Shown piece by piece: positions 16,823-26,200 of a stretch of DNA of 40,077 nucleotides (its first letter is position 1; each line of letters begins with the position of its first letter). The notes below the pieces were generated by a model, which was given only the letters and a program-made list of their open reading frames with translations, ran no database searches and had not been told where the DNA came from. The stretch is from IMG/VR virus record IMGVR_UViG_3300016667_000323, positions 1 through 40,077 of that record. One strand, 5' to 3'. Origin of the DNA: a virus. Lineage: Duplodnaviria; Caudoviricetes. The position numbers and the translations under genes are program-made.

Positions 16823-19369
16823 ATGAGCCTGCTGAACATTGCCATCCCCAACCTGCTGAACGGGGTTTCTCAACAGCCCCCGAACATCCGGTTCCAGACC
16901 CAGTGCGAACTCCAAGAGAACGCCTATTCGTCCGTGGTTGAGGGTCTTGGCAAGCGTCCGCCGACGGAGCACATCGCGCGGCTCGATTCCACCGCTGGCT
17001 CGAACAGCTACGTGCACACGATCGAGCGCGGAGACGGTATCGAGAAGTATGTGGTGGTGATTACCAACGGATCGATCAAGGTGTTCGACATGAACACCGG
17101 GGCCGAGAAAACCGTGGCCCTCGATACCGGGGCCTCGACCTACATCAGCAGCAACACCACCGGATTCAACCCAGCTACCGCCTTCAAGGCCATCTCGGTC
17201 GCTGACTACACCTTCATCGTGAACACTGAGAAGGTCCCGGCCCTGACCGGTGACTCGACCCCCCTACACAACGGGGAGTCGCTGATCTGGATCAAGCAGG
17301 GGGCCTATAGCTCCAAGTACACCATCAGCGGCACCTACGGGACCGGCACGGCCTTCAGCTACAGCTTCACCACCAAGTCCAACACTCGAGCGGTGAGTGA
17401 TAGTGCAACCACGGACGCAACCGTGGACGGTGAGGTGTTCACGAAGGAGACGGCCTACGCTGACTCCACGTGGATCGCCGCCAACTTTAACAACATCCTC
17501 CCTCAGGTTGGCACACCTGACTTCAATTCGACCCGCGTCGGTAGCTCCATCCGGCTCGCCCCGAACGTGTCGATGAACTACACCGTCACCGACGGTCTCA
17601 TGGGCATGGTCAACCAGACGGTACAGGCCTTCGAGGACCTGCCGGCCTATGCCATCCACAACATGGTCGTGAAGGTCGAGGGCCTGCCAGAGACGGGCGC
17701 GGACGACTACTGGGTCAAGTTCACCTCCAAGAACGGCACCTCGATGGGCGAGGGGACGTGGGCCGAGACCCTCGGGAACGGCTGCAAGTACCGCCTCGAC
17801 TACTCCACGATGCCCCACGTGCTGATCCGCCTGCCCGCCGGCAGCGGCTCCGACTTCGTTCTGAAGCGGGCCAATGGGGCGAAGTACCAGAGCGTCACGG
17901 GAACAGATGCTGTTTGGGCCGACCGCAAGGTGGGCGACGACGAGACCAACCCGGTGCCCTCGTTCGTTGGCAAGAACATCTCGGACATCTTTCTCTTCCG
18001 TGGCCGCCTTGGCATCCTCGCCGGAGAGTCCGTGGTCCTCAGCGAGGCCGGCACCTTCTTCAACTTCTGGCGCACCAGCGTCACCAAGCTGCTGGACTCG
18101 GACCCCATCGATCTGTCCTCGAGCTACCCCGAGATCACCCTGTTCCGGCACGCGGTCCCCTTCAGCGAGCGTCTGGTGCTGTTCTCGGATCATGTGCAGT
18201 TTGTCCTCGGGACCAAGCAGGCTATCTTGACCGCTAGCAACGTCTCGCTGACCCCCATCTCGAACTACGACACCTTGAAGGACTGCCGTCCTGTGGTAAC
18301 GGGCGACCAGATCTACTTCACATTCGACCGCGGCAGCTACTCGGGTGTTCGGCAGATGGTGGCGAACGAAAACGATAGCAATCTGCTGAACGCCCCGGAC
18401 ATCTCGGCCCATGTCCCCAAGTACATCGCCGGCAAGATCATGGTCATGGCCGCGTCAAACCACGACAACATCATGGCCTGCCTTGCGGACGGCGATCAGT
18501 CGGTCCTGTACATCTACAAGTGGTTCGACTCTGGAAACGAGCGCGTGCAGTCCTCGTGGTCCAAGTGGACGTTCAAGAACGGCACAGGATCAGTCACCAT
18601 CCGAGGCATTAGCTGGCTCGGCACCTCGCTGTACGTGGTCGTCCAGCGCCCGACCGGCCTGTATCTCGAGAAGATCACAGTCGAGCCGAACCGCAAGGAC
18701 CCCAACTCGCAGTTCGTGACCTGCCTCGACCGCCGCGTTGGCTACACCGTTGACAGCATTCTGGCCTACGATGCGGTCACCGATCGCACCACGTTCACCG
18801 TGAGCAACTACCAAGTGACTGCCGGGGCCCAGATCGTGGTGACCCGCAAGGCGTACACGACGGGAACCCCACCGGTGGCCCAAGAGGGTGGCCGGGTTGT
18901 TCCGCTTATCTCTGCCACCAACAACTCAGGTACCAACGCCTGCACCTTCGTCGTGAGCGGAGACTGGCGCTACATTGACCTGTGGATCGGTGAGCAGTAC
19001 ACGATGAAGTACCGCTTCTCCCAGCCATATCTGAAGCAGAACGATGGCAACCGAACCGTGAGTATGGCATCTGGACGATTCCAGATCCGAGCCATGCTGC
19101 TTGCGTTCAACAGCTCGTCGTTCTTCAAGGCGCTAGTGTCGAACAAGTACAACGACTCCGACTACGAATACATCTGGACTGGCAATGTTCTTGGCTCTGG
19201 ACAGTCCACAATCGGGACTGTTCCGGTAGAATCGGGATCGTTCAGGTTCCCTGTCTATGGGAAGAACGACGAGATGATCGTTGAGATCCAGAACAACACC
19301 CATCTGCCGTCCTCCTTCATGAGCGCCGAAATTGAGGCGAGCTACGATGCCCGAAGCCGACGAGTGTAA
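16823..19369 (+). CDS. Tail tubular protein B (gp12)
   Basis: PNLLNGVSQQP, GLGKRPPT, PSFVG..I.DIF.FRGRLG, DSDPID, QSSWSKW. Confidence 0.95.
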   Translation: MSLLNIAIPNLLNGVSQQPPNIRFQTQCELQENAYSSVVEGLGKRPPTEHIARLDSTAGSNSYVHTIERGDGIEKYVVVITNGSIKVFDMNTGAEKTVALDTGASTYISSNTTGFNPATAFKAISVADYTFIVNTEKVPALTGDSTPLHNGESLIWIKQGAYSSKYTISGTYGTGTAFSYSFTTKSNTRAVSDSATTDATVDGEVFTKETAYADSTWIAANFNNILPQVGTPDFNSTRVGSSIRLAPNVSMNYTVTDGLMGMVNQTVQAFEDLPAYAIHNMVVKVEGLPETGADDYWVKFTSKNGTSMGEGTWAETLGNGCKYRLDYSTMPHVLIRLPAGSGSDFVLKRANGAKYQSVTGTDAVWADRKVGDDETNPVPSFVGKNISDIFLFRGRLGILAGESVVLSEAGTFFNFWRTSVTKLLDSDPIDLSSSYPEITLFRHAVPFSERLVLFSDHVQFVLGTKQAILTASNVSLTPISNYDTLKDCRPVVTGDQIYFTFDRGSYSGVRQMVANENDSNLLNAPDISAHVPKYIAGKIMVMAASNHDNIMACLADGDQSVLYIYKWFDSGNERVQSSWSKWTFKNGTGSVTIRGISWLGTSLYVVVQRPTGLYLEKITVEPNRKDPNSQFVTCLDRRVGYTVDSILAYDAVTDRTTFTVSNYQVTAGAQIVVTRKAYTTGTPPVAQEGGRVVPLISATNNSGTNACTFVVSGDWRYIDLWIGEQYTMKYRFSQPYLKQNDGNRTVSMASGRFQIRAMLLAFNSSSFFKALVSNKYNDSDYEYIWTGNVLGSGQSTIGTVPVESGSFRFPVYGKNDEMIVEIQNNTHLPSSFMSAEIEASYDARSRRV

Positions 19370-19838
19370 GCCTCGGGCCCGCCCGGCGATCGCCTCGGAC
19401 ATCCCGGGGCTCGCCGCCACGCTGCGGTCTCAGGACTGCGCCGAGGTACGGGCCCTTGGGCACGACCCAGAGTCTGCCCTGAGGCTCAGCTTTGAGGGCT
19501 CCTCGCAGGTCTATTCGATCGTGGACGGTGCCAACACGGTCGTGGCCATGTTTGGTGTTGGACTGTCCCCGTACATGAGCGAGCAGATCGGAGAGCCCGT
19601 CGGGGCTATCTGGATGCTGGGAGCTCCGGGGCTTCACAAGATCCGCTTCCAGTTCCTCCGCGAGTGTCAGTCGTGGATGGAGACAATGCATCGCGACTAC
19701 CGCGTTCTCTGGAACTGGGCGGACGCTAGGAATGCCCTCCACCTTCGTTGGCTGGAGTGGCTTGGGTTCAAGATCATCGGAACGGCTCCCTACGGTAACA
19801 AGGGCGAGCTGTTCCACCAGTTCATCAGGGTCAAGTAA
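19347..19838 (+). CDS. Internal virion protein A (gp13-like, acetyltransferase-like fold)
   Basis: LR.QD..EV, IWMLG, LWNWADARN..HLRWLEWLGF; synteny. Confidence 0.8.
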   Translation: MPEADECKPRARPAIASDIPGLAATLRSQDCAEVRALGHDPESALRLSFEGSSQVYSIVDGANTVVAMFGVGLSPYMSEQIGEPVGAIWMLGAPGLHKIRFQFLRECQSWMETMHRDYRVLWNWADARNALHLRWLEWLGFKIIGTAPYGNKGELFHQFIRVK

Positions 19839-19840
19839 CC

Positions 19841-20473
19841 ATGTGCATCTTTGCAGCAGCTCCCGCAGTGGGCTTCACTGCGGCCAACGCTTTGGCAGCG
19901 AACCTTGCCGTCGGCGCAACCGCCGCCGCGTCGCTCGCCGCACCCATCTACTCCTACGTCGCTCAGTCACAGGCCGCCTCGGCGCAGGCCGAGTACCAGC
20001 AGCAGATGTACGCGGCGAACCAGAAGATCGCTGAGCAGTCCCTGCTGTCTCAGTACTCGGACATCTCCCGCCGGCAGCAGCAGGAGCAGGAGAAGGCCTC
20101 GCAGGAGATGCGGGCGATCTCGAGTCAAGCCGAGATGGCGCGCTCCACCGCGTCGGTCTCGGCCATCGAGTCGGGAGTTGCTGGCATCTCGGTGGACTCC
20201 CTGATCAACGACTACTACCGCAAGGAGGCGCAGTACATCGAGAGCACGCAGCGTCAGCTCCGGGGCACGATGTTCCAGCTCGAGCGCTCCAAGGAGGGCC
20301 TGAGGGCGAACTACCAAGGTCAGGTGCTCAGCATGCTGCCCCAGCCCGTGACCCAGCCCAGCCTGCTGGCTACCGGCCTGCAGCTCGGTAGCAACGCCGC
20401 CGGCCTGTACAGCAGCCTGTACCTCAACAACTACGACCGCCGCATCCTCCGCACCTCCCTCGGCATCGGATAA
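19841..20473 (+). CDS. Internal virion protein B (gp14-like ejection protein)
   Basis: MC-start with hydrophobic N-terminus, Q/A-rich coil, ESGVAGISVD motif. Confidence 0.8.
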   Translation: MCIFAAAPAVGFTAANALAANLAVGATAAASLAAPIYSYVAQSQAASAQAEYQQQMYAANQKIAEQSLLSQYSDISRRQQQEQEKASQEMRAISSQAEMARSTASVSAIESGVAGISVDSLINDYYRKEAQYIESTQRQLRGTMFQLERSKEGLRANYQGQVLSMLPQPVTQPSLLATGLQLGSNAAGLYSSLYLNNYDRRILRTSLGIG

Positions 20474-20476
20474 TCC

Positions 20477-23197
20477 ATGGCAAAGCAGCGCATCAATCCT
20501 GATTTCGACCCGACCCGGATCGTCCAGCCGACCGCCAACCCGGTCGATACGTACTACCGCAACAATCTGGTGGCCCCCGATGTCGGTAGGCAGCTCCAAA
20601 TCGCCAAGGCGCTGCAGGACCTGAATCCGCAGCTCCAGCGCCTCACTAGCGACGTGGCCTCGTTCTCGATCTCCAAGCAGATCGAGGCCGGCGCGCTCGA
20701 GGCTCAGGCAGCTCCGACTCAGGAGATCCTGATGAGCAAGGCGGCCCAGTACATCGAGAAGGCCGGCGGCCTTGCCCCGTGGCGCTACCAGTCGTTCCTG
20801 AAGGCCACCGGAGACCGACTGACACGGGACAACTACCAGTCCAAGCTGTACGAGAACATCGAGGACCTGACCGATCCGACCAACCCGGACGGCACCCTAC
20901 GCGGCGCGGACTACATGACCACCCGCATGCAGGAGCTGTTCAAGGAGGCGGGCATCCCCGAGGACAGCTTCTACATCACGCAGGGCGCGCTCGAGGCGAA
21001 GGCGAAGGCCGACGAGACCTTCATGAACCGCGCCGTGCTAATCCACGCTGAGAAGGTCAAGACGAAGGGCGAGAACGATCTCAAGGACAAGATCTTCTTC
21101 GCCCTGAAGACCACCCCGGTGGAGAACCTTGACGAGCTGTTTGCGTTCGATGGCCCGGTCCGCGGCGCGCTCGACACCTTCCACGCTCAGGGCTTCGGCT
21201 CGGGCGACGAGCAGCTCGTGTCTGCCATCAAGGACTGGGCCGACGTTCTTGAGTCCTCGCACGACTTCGACGGCGCTAGGTCCGTCATCAAGTTCCTGAT
21301 GGAGAACAACGTCGGCAACCGCAAGATCGGTGACCGCTACACCCCGATGCTTCAGAAGAAGCTGGACGACCTTGACGAAACCCAGCAGAAGTACGCCGTC
21401 TACCAGACGCAGCTCCGCCAGACGGAGCAGAACGCCGCCATGAGCGACGCCATGGACGTTCTCATGGGCCGCTACCAGCAGATGCAGGCGGATCGCCAGA
21501 AGAAGGGCCTCGGCAACTTCATCAACATGTCGGTGGACCAGCGCATGCAGTGGGCCGACGAGACTCTCTCGAAGCTCAACTACAGCGCGGACGCCAAGCG
21601 CGACGCCAAGTCCCGCATCGTGGAGGCCCTGCGCGTCTTCGAGAACGAGCAGAACCAGCCCAGCCGCCCCAACCCCGCGGTCACCGCCGCGCTTCTGCAG
21701 GAGGCTTACACGGCCGATCGCAAGGAGCTGCTCCCCAAACTGATCGCTCAGGTAAGTCAGGGCAACATGGGCATCGGTGAGATGCGGTCGATCCTCGATG
21801 TCAACGCCGAGGCCGCCTCCATTCAGGGCTCCTCGAGCGCCATCGGCCAGATCCTTGGAAACATGGGCTTTAACGACGGCACGTGGACCGGGTATGCCAA
21901 GGAGACTGTCAGCCCGGACTACCGGGTGATGTTCGAGCAGCTCGGCGCTGACGCTCAGGCCACGATCTACCAGCGCATCCTTGCCGAGACCACCTCGCAG
22001 GAGTTCAAGCAGAAGTACTCCATGGACCCCGTTGGCAAGCAGCAGGCTGTCCTCGAGATCGCCCGCCGAGTTGCCGGTGAGGAGCGCAAGCGTCTCATCG
22101 AGGACAACAAGGACAAGATCGAGGGGGCCGACATGACCCAATCGTTCAACACGGTGTGGTCGCAGGAGTACGACACCGCCGCGGAGCGCCTTGCGGCCAA
22201 CTACGTGGCCACCCTCGAGATGAACCCGAAGAAGGACGACAGCTACGGCATCGTCCGCAACATCATGTTCGACTACAAGGCTCGCATGAAGGCCGTGTGG
22301 GAGGACCTGAGTGCTCCCCGAGCGGGCCAGCGCCCCCTGTCGATGACCGAGAAGCGGGAGCGCCTGTCCAGCGAGGTTCAGCGCATCGAGCGCGAGCTGC
22401 TGTCGGACCTGAAGAACCCCAAGACCGTCAAGGCGCTCACCCCGGAGCAGGTCAACATGATGTCCCGCCCGGCCCCATCGGAGATCCCGCAGGGCATGCC
22501 GGGTGTCACTGCTCAGCCGGGAGAGGCAGGAAGCGCCGTCACCAGCAGGAATTGGGCCCTGTTTGGCGGGAACCTCTCGCTCACCCCGCAGGAGTCCTCG
22601 GTGGCCACCCTCGCCAAGGACATCCGTTCGCGTTCTGGAACGATCAGCGCCACCTCGTCGGCCTCCGACAAGGCCGCCTTCGACCAGTCCAAGGCCGATT
22701 TGCAGGCAACCGCCGCCGATGCCATCAAGGCGTTCAACACGGTCTCGCTGCGCGAGTACAACATCCGTCACGGCAGGGGCTGGGTGGGTGGTGGCGGCGA
22801 CCGTCCCGCCATCCAGATCCGTCCGGACGGTCTGTACGTGGACCAGTACAACCCGCTCAGCTTTGGCCCGACGAATCCTCCCGTACTGGATCGCCGGATC
22901 ACTGAACAATACTGGGTGTACAAGTCCATTCTCGGGTATACTCCCGATGAGCTGGCTGCTGGTAAGACCGTGGAAGGTCTGACCATCGAAGCGCCTATGC
23001 TGGACCCCAACTCCTTCCTGTTCTTCACGTCTCCGACCCAGTTCCAGCAGGCCGTGGACGAGTACCTGCAGAACAAGGGCACCAAGGGCTTCATCGCTGA
23101 GCAGGTCCTGCCGAAGCTGACCCCCTACGGGACGACTTTCGCTGAGTTTAAGGACTCGCAGATGCGGCTCCTTCAGGTCCGCAAGCCCCTCAAGTAA
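20477..23197 (+). CDS. Internal virion protein C (gp15-like ejection protein)
   Basis: 906-aa helical protein between gp14-like and gp16-like genes; N-terminal PTANPVDTY. Confidence 0.7.
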   Translation: MAKQRINPDFDPTRIVQPTANPVDTYYRNNLVAPDVGRQLQIAKALQDLNPQLQRLTSDVASFSISKQIEAGALEAQAAPTQEILMSKAAQYIEKAGGLAPWRYQSFLKATGDRLTRDNYQSKLYENIEDLTDPTNPDGTLRGADYMTTRMQELFKEAGIPEDSFYITQGALEAKAKADETFMNRAVLIHAEKVKTKGENDLKDKIFFALKTTPVENLDELFAFDGPVRGALDTFHAQGFGSGDEQLVSAIKDWADVLESSHDFDGARSVIKFLMENNVGNRKIGDRYTPMLQKKLDDLDETQQKYAVYQTQLRQTEQNAAMSDAMDVLMGRYQQMQADRQKKGLGNFINMSVDQRMQWADETLSKLNYSADAKRDAKSRIVEALRVFENEQNQPSRPNPAVTAALLQEAYTADRKELLPKLIAQVSQGNMGIGEMRSILDVNAEAASIQGSSSAIGQILGNMGFNDGTWTGYAKETVSPDYRVMFEQLGADAQATIYQRILAETTSQEFKQKYSMDPVGKQQAVLEIARRVAGEERKRLIEDNKDKIEGADMTQSFNTVWSQEYDTAAERLAANYVATLEMNPKKDDSYGIVRNIMFDYKARMKAVWEDLSAPRAGQRPLSMTEKRERLSSEVQRIERELLSDLKNPKTVKALTPEQVNMMSRPAPSEIPQGMPGVTAQPGEAGSAVTSRNWALFGGNLSLTPQESSVATLAKDIRSRSGTISATSSASDKAAFDQSKADLQATAADAIKAFNTVSLREYNIRHGRGWVGGGGDRPAIQIRPDGLYVDQYNPLSFGPTNPPVLDRRITEQYWVYKSILGYTPDELAAGKTVEGLTIEAPMLDPNSFLFFTSPTQFQQAVDEYLQNKGTKGFIAEQVLPKLTPYGTTFAEFKDSQMRLLQVRKPLK

Positions 23198-23215
23198 CCC
23201 GGAACACCACACACC

Positions 23216-26200
23216 ATGAGCGCATTCGCCAACTTTGCTGACGAGTTCTACAACCTGAGCGCGACCAACTCGGTGCGTCATGCTGCTGCCGGTATGGGTG
23301 GCGACACCCCGGAGAAGAAGCAGCAGGACTGGGGCGTCTTCGACTACGCCACGGACATGGCTCTGGGTGTCCCCCGTGGAGTCCTGAGCGCTGCCTCGGA
23401 CATGGTGAACCTCGCCGGTCTCCCGTTCGGCTATGAGGTCGAGAACCGCTTCGGCCTGATGGCTGACTCGGAGTCGGTTGCCGGCGGCATCACCGAGGGC
23501 ATCGCCAACTTCATGACCGGCATGATCCCGGGCGGTCTGGTGGCCGGCGGCCTCTCCAAGGTGGCCAAGGGCTACAAGATGGTGAAGGCCATTGACACCG
23601 CTGCGGAGATCGCCAAGGCCAGCGGCAACCTGACCAAGTACAACGCCATCCGCGGCGCTCAGGCCCTCGTCAAGGGCTCCGTGGCTGGCGCTGTGGCTGA
23701 CTTCGTGGCCTTCGACGGGCACGAGGAGCGCCTGTCGAACCTCCTGCGGGACCACGCAGGGCTGAGCGACCCCCTGACCGCGTACCTCGCGGCGGACAAG
23801 AACGACAGCGAGATCGCCGGCCGATTCAAGAACGCCCTCGAGGGTCTCGCCATTGGCGGCCTGACGGAGGGCCTGTTCAACGCCTTCCGCATGTACAAGG
23901 CCGGCTTCACGGTCAAGAGCGCCGGCGGCTCCGCCGATGCGGTCGATGCCGCGATGAACGCCGAGGCGCACCAGATCCGCCTCGAGCAGCGAGACCAGAT
24001 CAAGACCTCGTTCAACCTGACGGACGAGGAGGCCGATGTCACGAACATGCTGATCGATCGGATGGGCCTCGATCGATCCAAGCTGAAGGTCGTCTCTGGT
24101 CAGGAAGCCCAGCAGGCCTACGACATGGCCTCGGGTGCCCTCGAGCAGCGCAAGAAGTTCGACCCGGTGGCTGCCCTGCCTCAGGACGCGCAGGAGCTGA
24201 AGAACCTCCTCGACCCGGAGGAGTGGGCCAGCATCAAGTCTCAGGGCACGCTTGACAGTCTGGTGGGCCTGTACAAGCGCTTCGACGTGGAGCTGATGCC
24301 GCTGCTCCGGGCCGCCGCAGAGGCCGGCTCGCCGGTCCACGGTGGCTACGAGGAAGGCGCGGCGATCATGCGCAAGCTCGTGGGCGACACCCGGGCAGAG
24401 CTGTTCGCCAACTTCTCGGCAGCCACGTCGCCCCAGAACAAGGTCGCCGCCCACACCCGCCTTGGTGTCGGCATCACGGCCGATGTGATCGATCGCATCC
24501 GTGCGGGCAACATCGCTGAGATGGGCCTCGATGAGATGCGGACGATCGTGGATTCGGTCGGCACCCGCCTTAAGGCGAAGGGCATGGTCGAGGACTATGC
24601 CAAGCGTTCGCTGGGGATCGCTAACGATCTCCTTGGCCGTCTCCGCACCCTGCAGGAGGCCAACCCCAGCGCCTCCATGGACGAGCTGCTGAACACCGTC
24701 GATGCCACGGGCCTGTACAAGAACATGGCCGGCACCGGCATGGAGAAGGGCGCTGGCAAGGTCCCGGGCTTTGCTGAGGGCAGCGCCGGCCGCCTGAACA
24801 AGGTCGTGCTCGACACCTACATGGCCCGTCTGGTCCCCGACGACCTGTTCCCGAACCTCGCGGCCTCGGAGCTGATGGACGCCAAGAAGGAGTGGCTGGG
24901 CAAGGCCGCGAACTACACCGCCTTCTCGGCAACGGTCCGCAAGCTGTCCACTGAGCTTGGTATCATGCCGGGCCACGCCCAAGAGCGTATCTGGGGCGCG
25001 GTCTACGTTATCGGGGCCCTGAAAAAGGAGGGCATGAACCCCGAAGCGGTCTACAAGAACCTGTCCAAGGAGGATATGCTTGCCTCTTGGGACCTGCTCT
25101 CCATTCTCCAGAAGCCTGAGGTAACCAATGAACTCCGACGACTTGGCGCTGATGAAGGATCTCTTGCGGATCTCGCGGGGCTCGCCGCAGATGTCCGACA
25201 GCGCGTCCGCCCCAACCTCAACACTCCCATCCGAGTCTCAGATCCTGCAGCGCTTGAGGAGCTTGCCCGACGGGTTCCTAAGTTCAGTGGCAGCAGCGGA
25301 ACAGAAGTCACCGCAGCCCGAGCAGCCCGCGGCGCAACCCTCCTCAACCAAGAAGCGGCGGTAAGCCGCGCGGACCTGTGGAAGGTCCCCGAGCAGGCTT
25401 TCTCGTCTGCCGATACATCCATCAATGCGTCGAAGCTGCCGACCGGGTTCACCAAGGTTGAGCAGGCCGGCGGCTGGAAGCCCGGAACGGTCAACGTGGA
25501 CATCGGCGGCGGTCGATTCGACAACGCCGTCGAGAAGCTGAGCACCCTCGGGGTTGACAGCAAGGTCTTCGACCCGTTCAACCGCAGCGCGGAGCACAAC
25601 AACGCTGTGTCCGCGGCGGTCGCTGGCGGCAAGGCCGACACCGCCACCATCTTCAACGTCCTGAACGTCATCAAGGAGCCTGAGAACCGTCTCCGCGTTC
25701 TCCAGCAGGCCGAGGACGCGCTGAAGCCCGGCGGTAAGCTGTACATTCAGGTCTACGAGGGTGATGCCTCGGGCGTCGCTCGCGCAACCGGCGGCAACAA
25801 GTTTCAGCTCAACCAGAAGCTCAAGGACTACCTCCCCGAGGTCCAGAAGGTGTTCCCCGAGGCCCGCGTCGAGAAGGGCCTGATCGTTGCCGAGAAGAGC
25901 ACCAGCGTTCTCCGTCAGGGCGAGGGCTCGGTCCGCGGCTTCGCGGCGTTTGCGGAAGATGGCAAGGCCGTCATCGGCGGACTGAAGAACCCGGATGTCG
26001 GTACCGCGGTCCACGAGATCGCGCACGTCGGCCGCCGCCAGCTCTTCGATCGCGCCGTCCCGCAGGAGGCCCGCATGGGCATCTCCGATGCGGACATCGG
26101 TGTCATGGAGAAGTGGGCTGGGGTCACGGACGGTACGTGGACCCGCCCTGCCGAGGAGAAGTTCGCCAACGGCTTCATGAAGTACCTGCGCGACGGCGAG

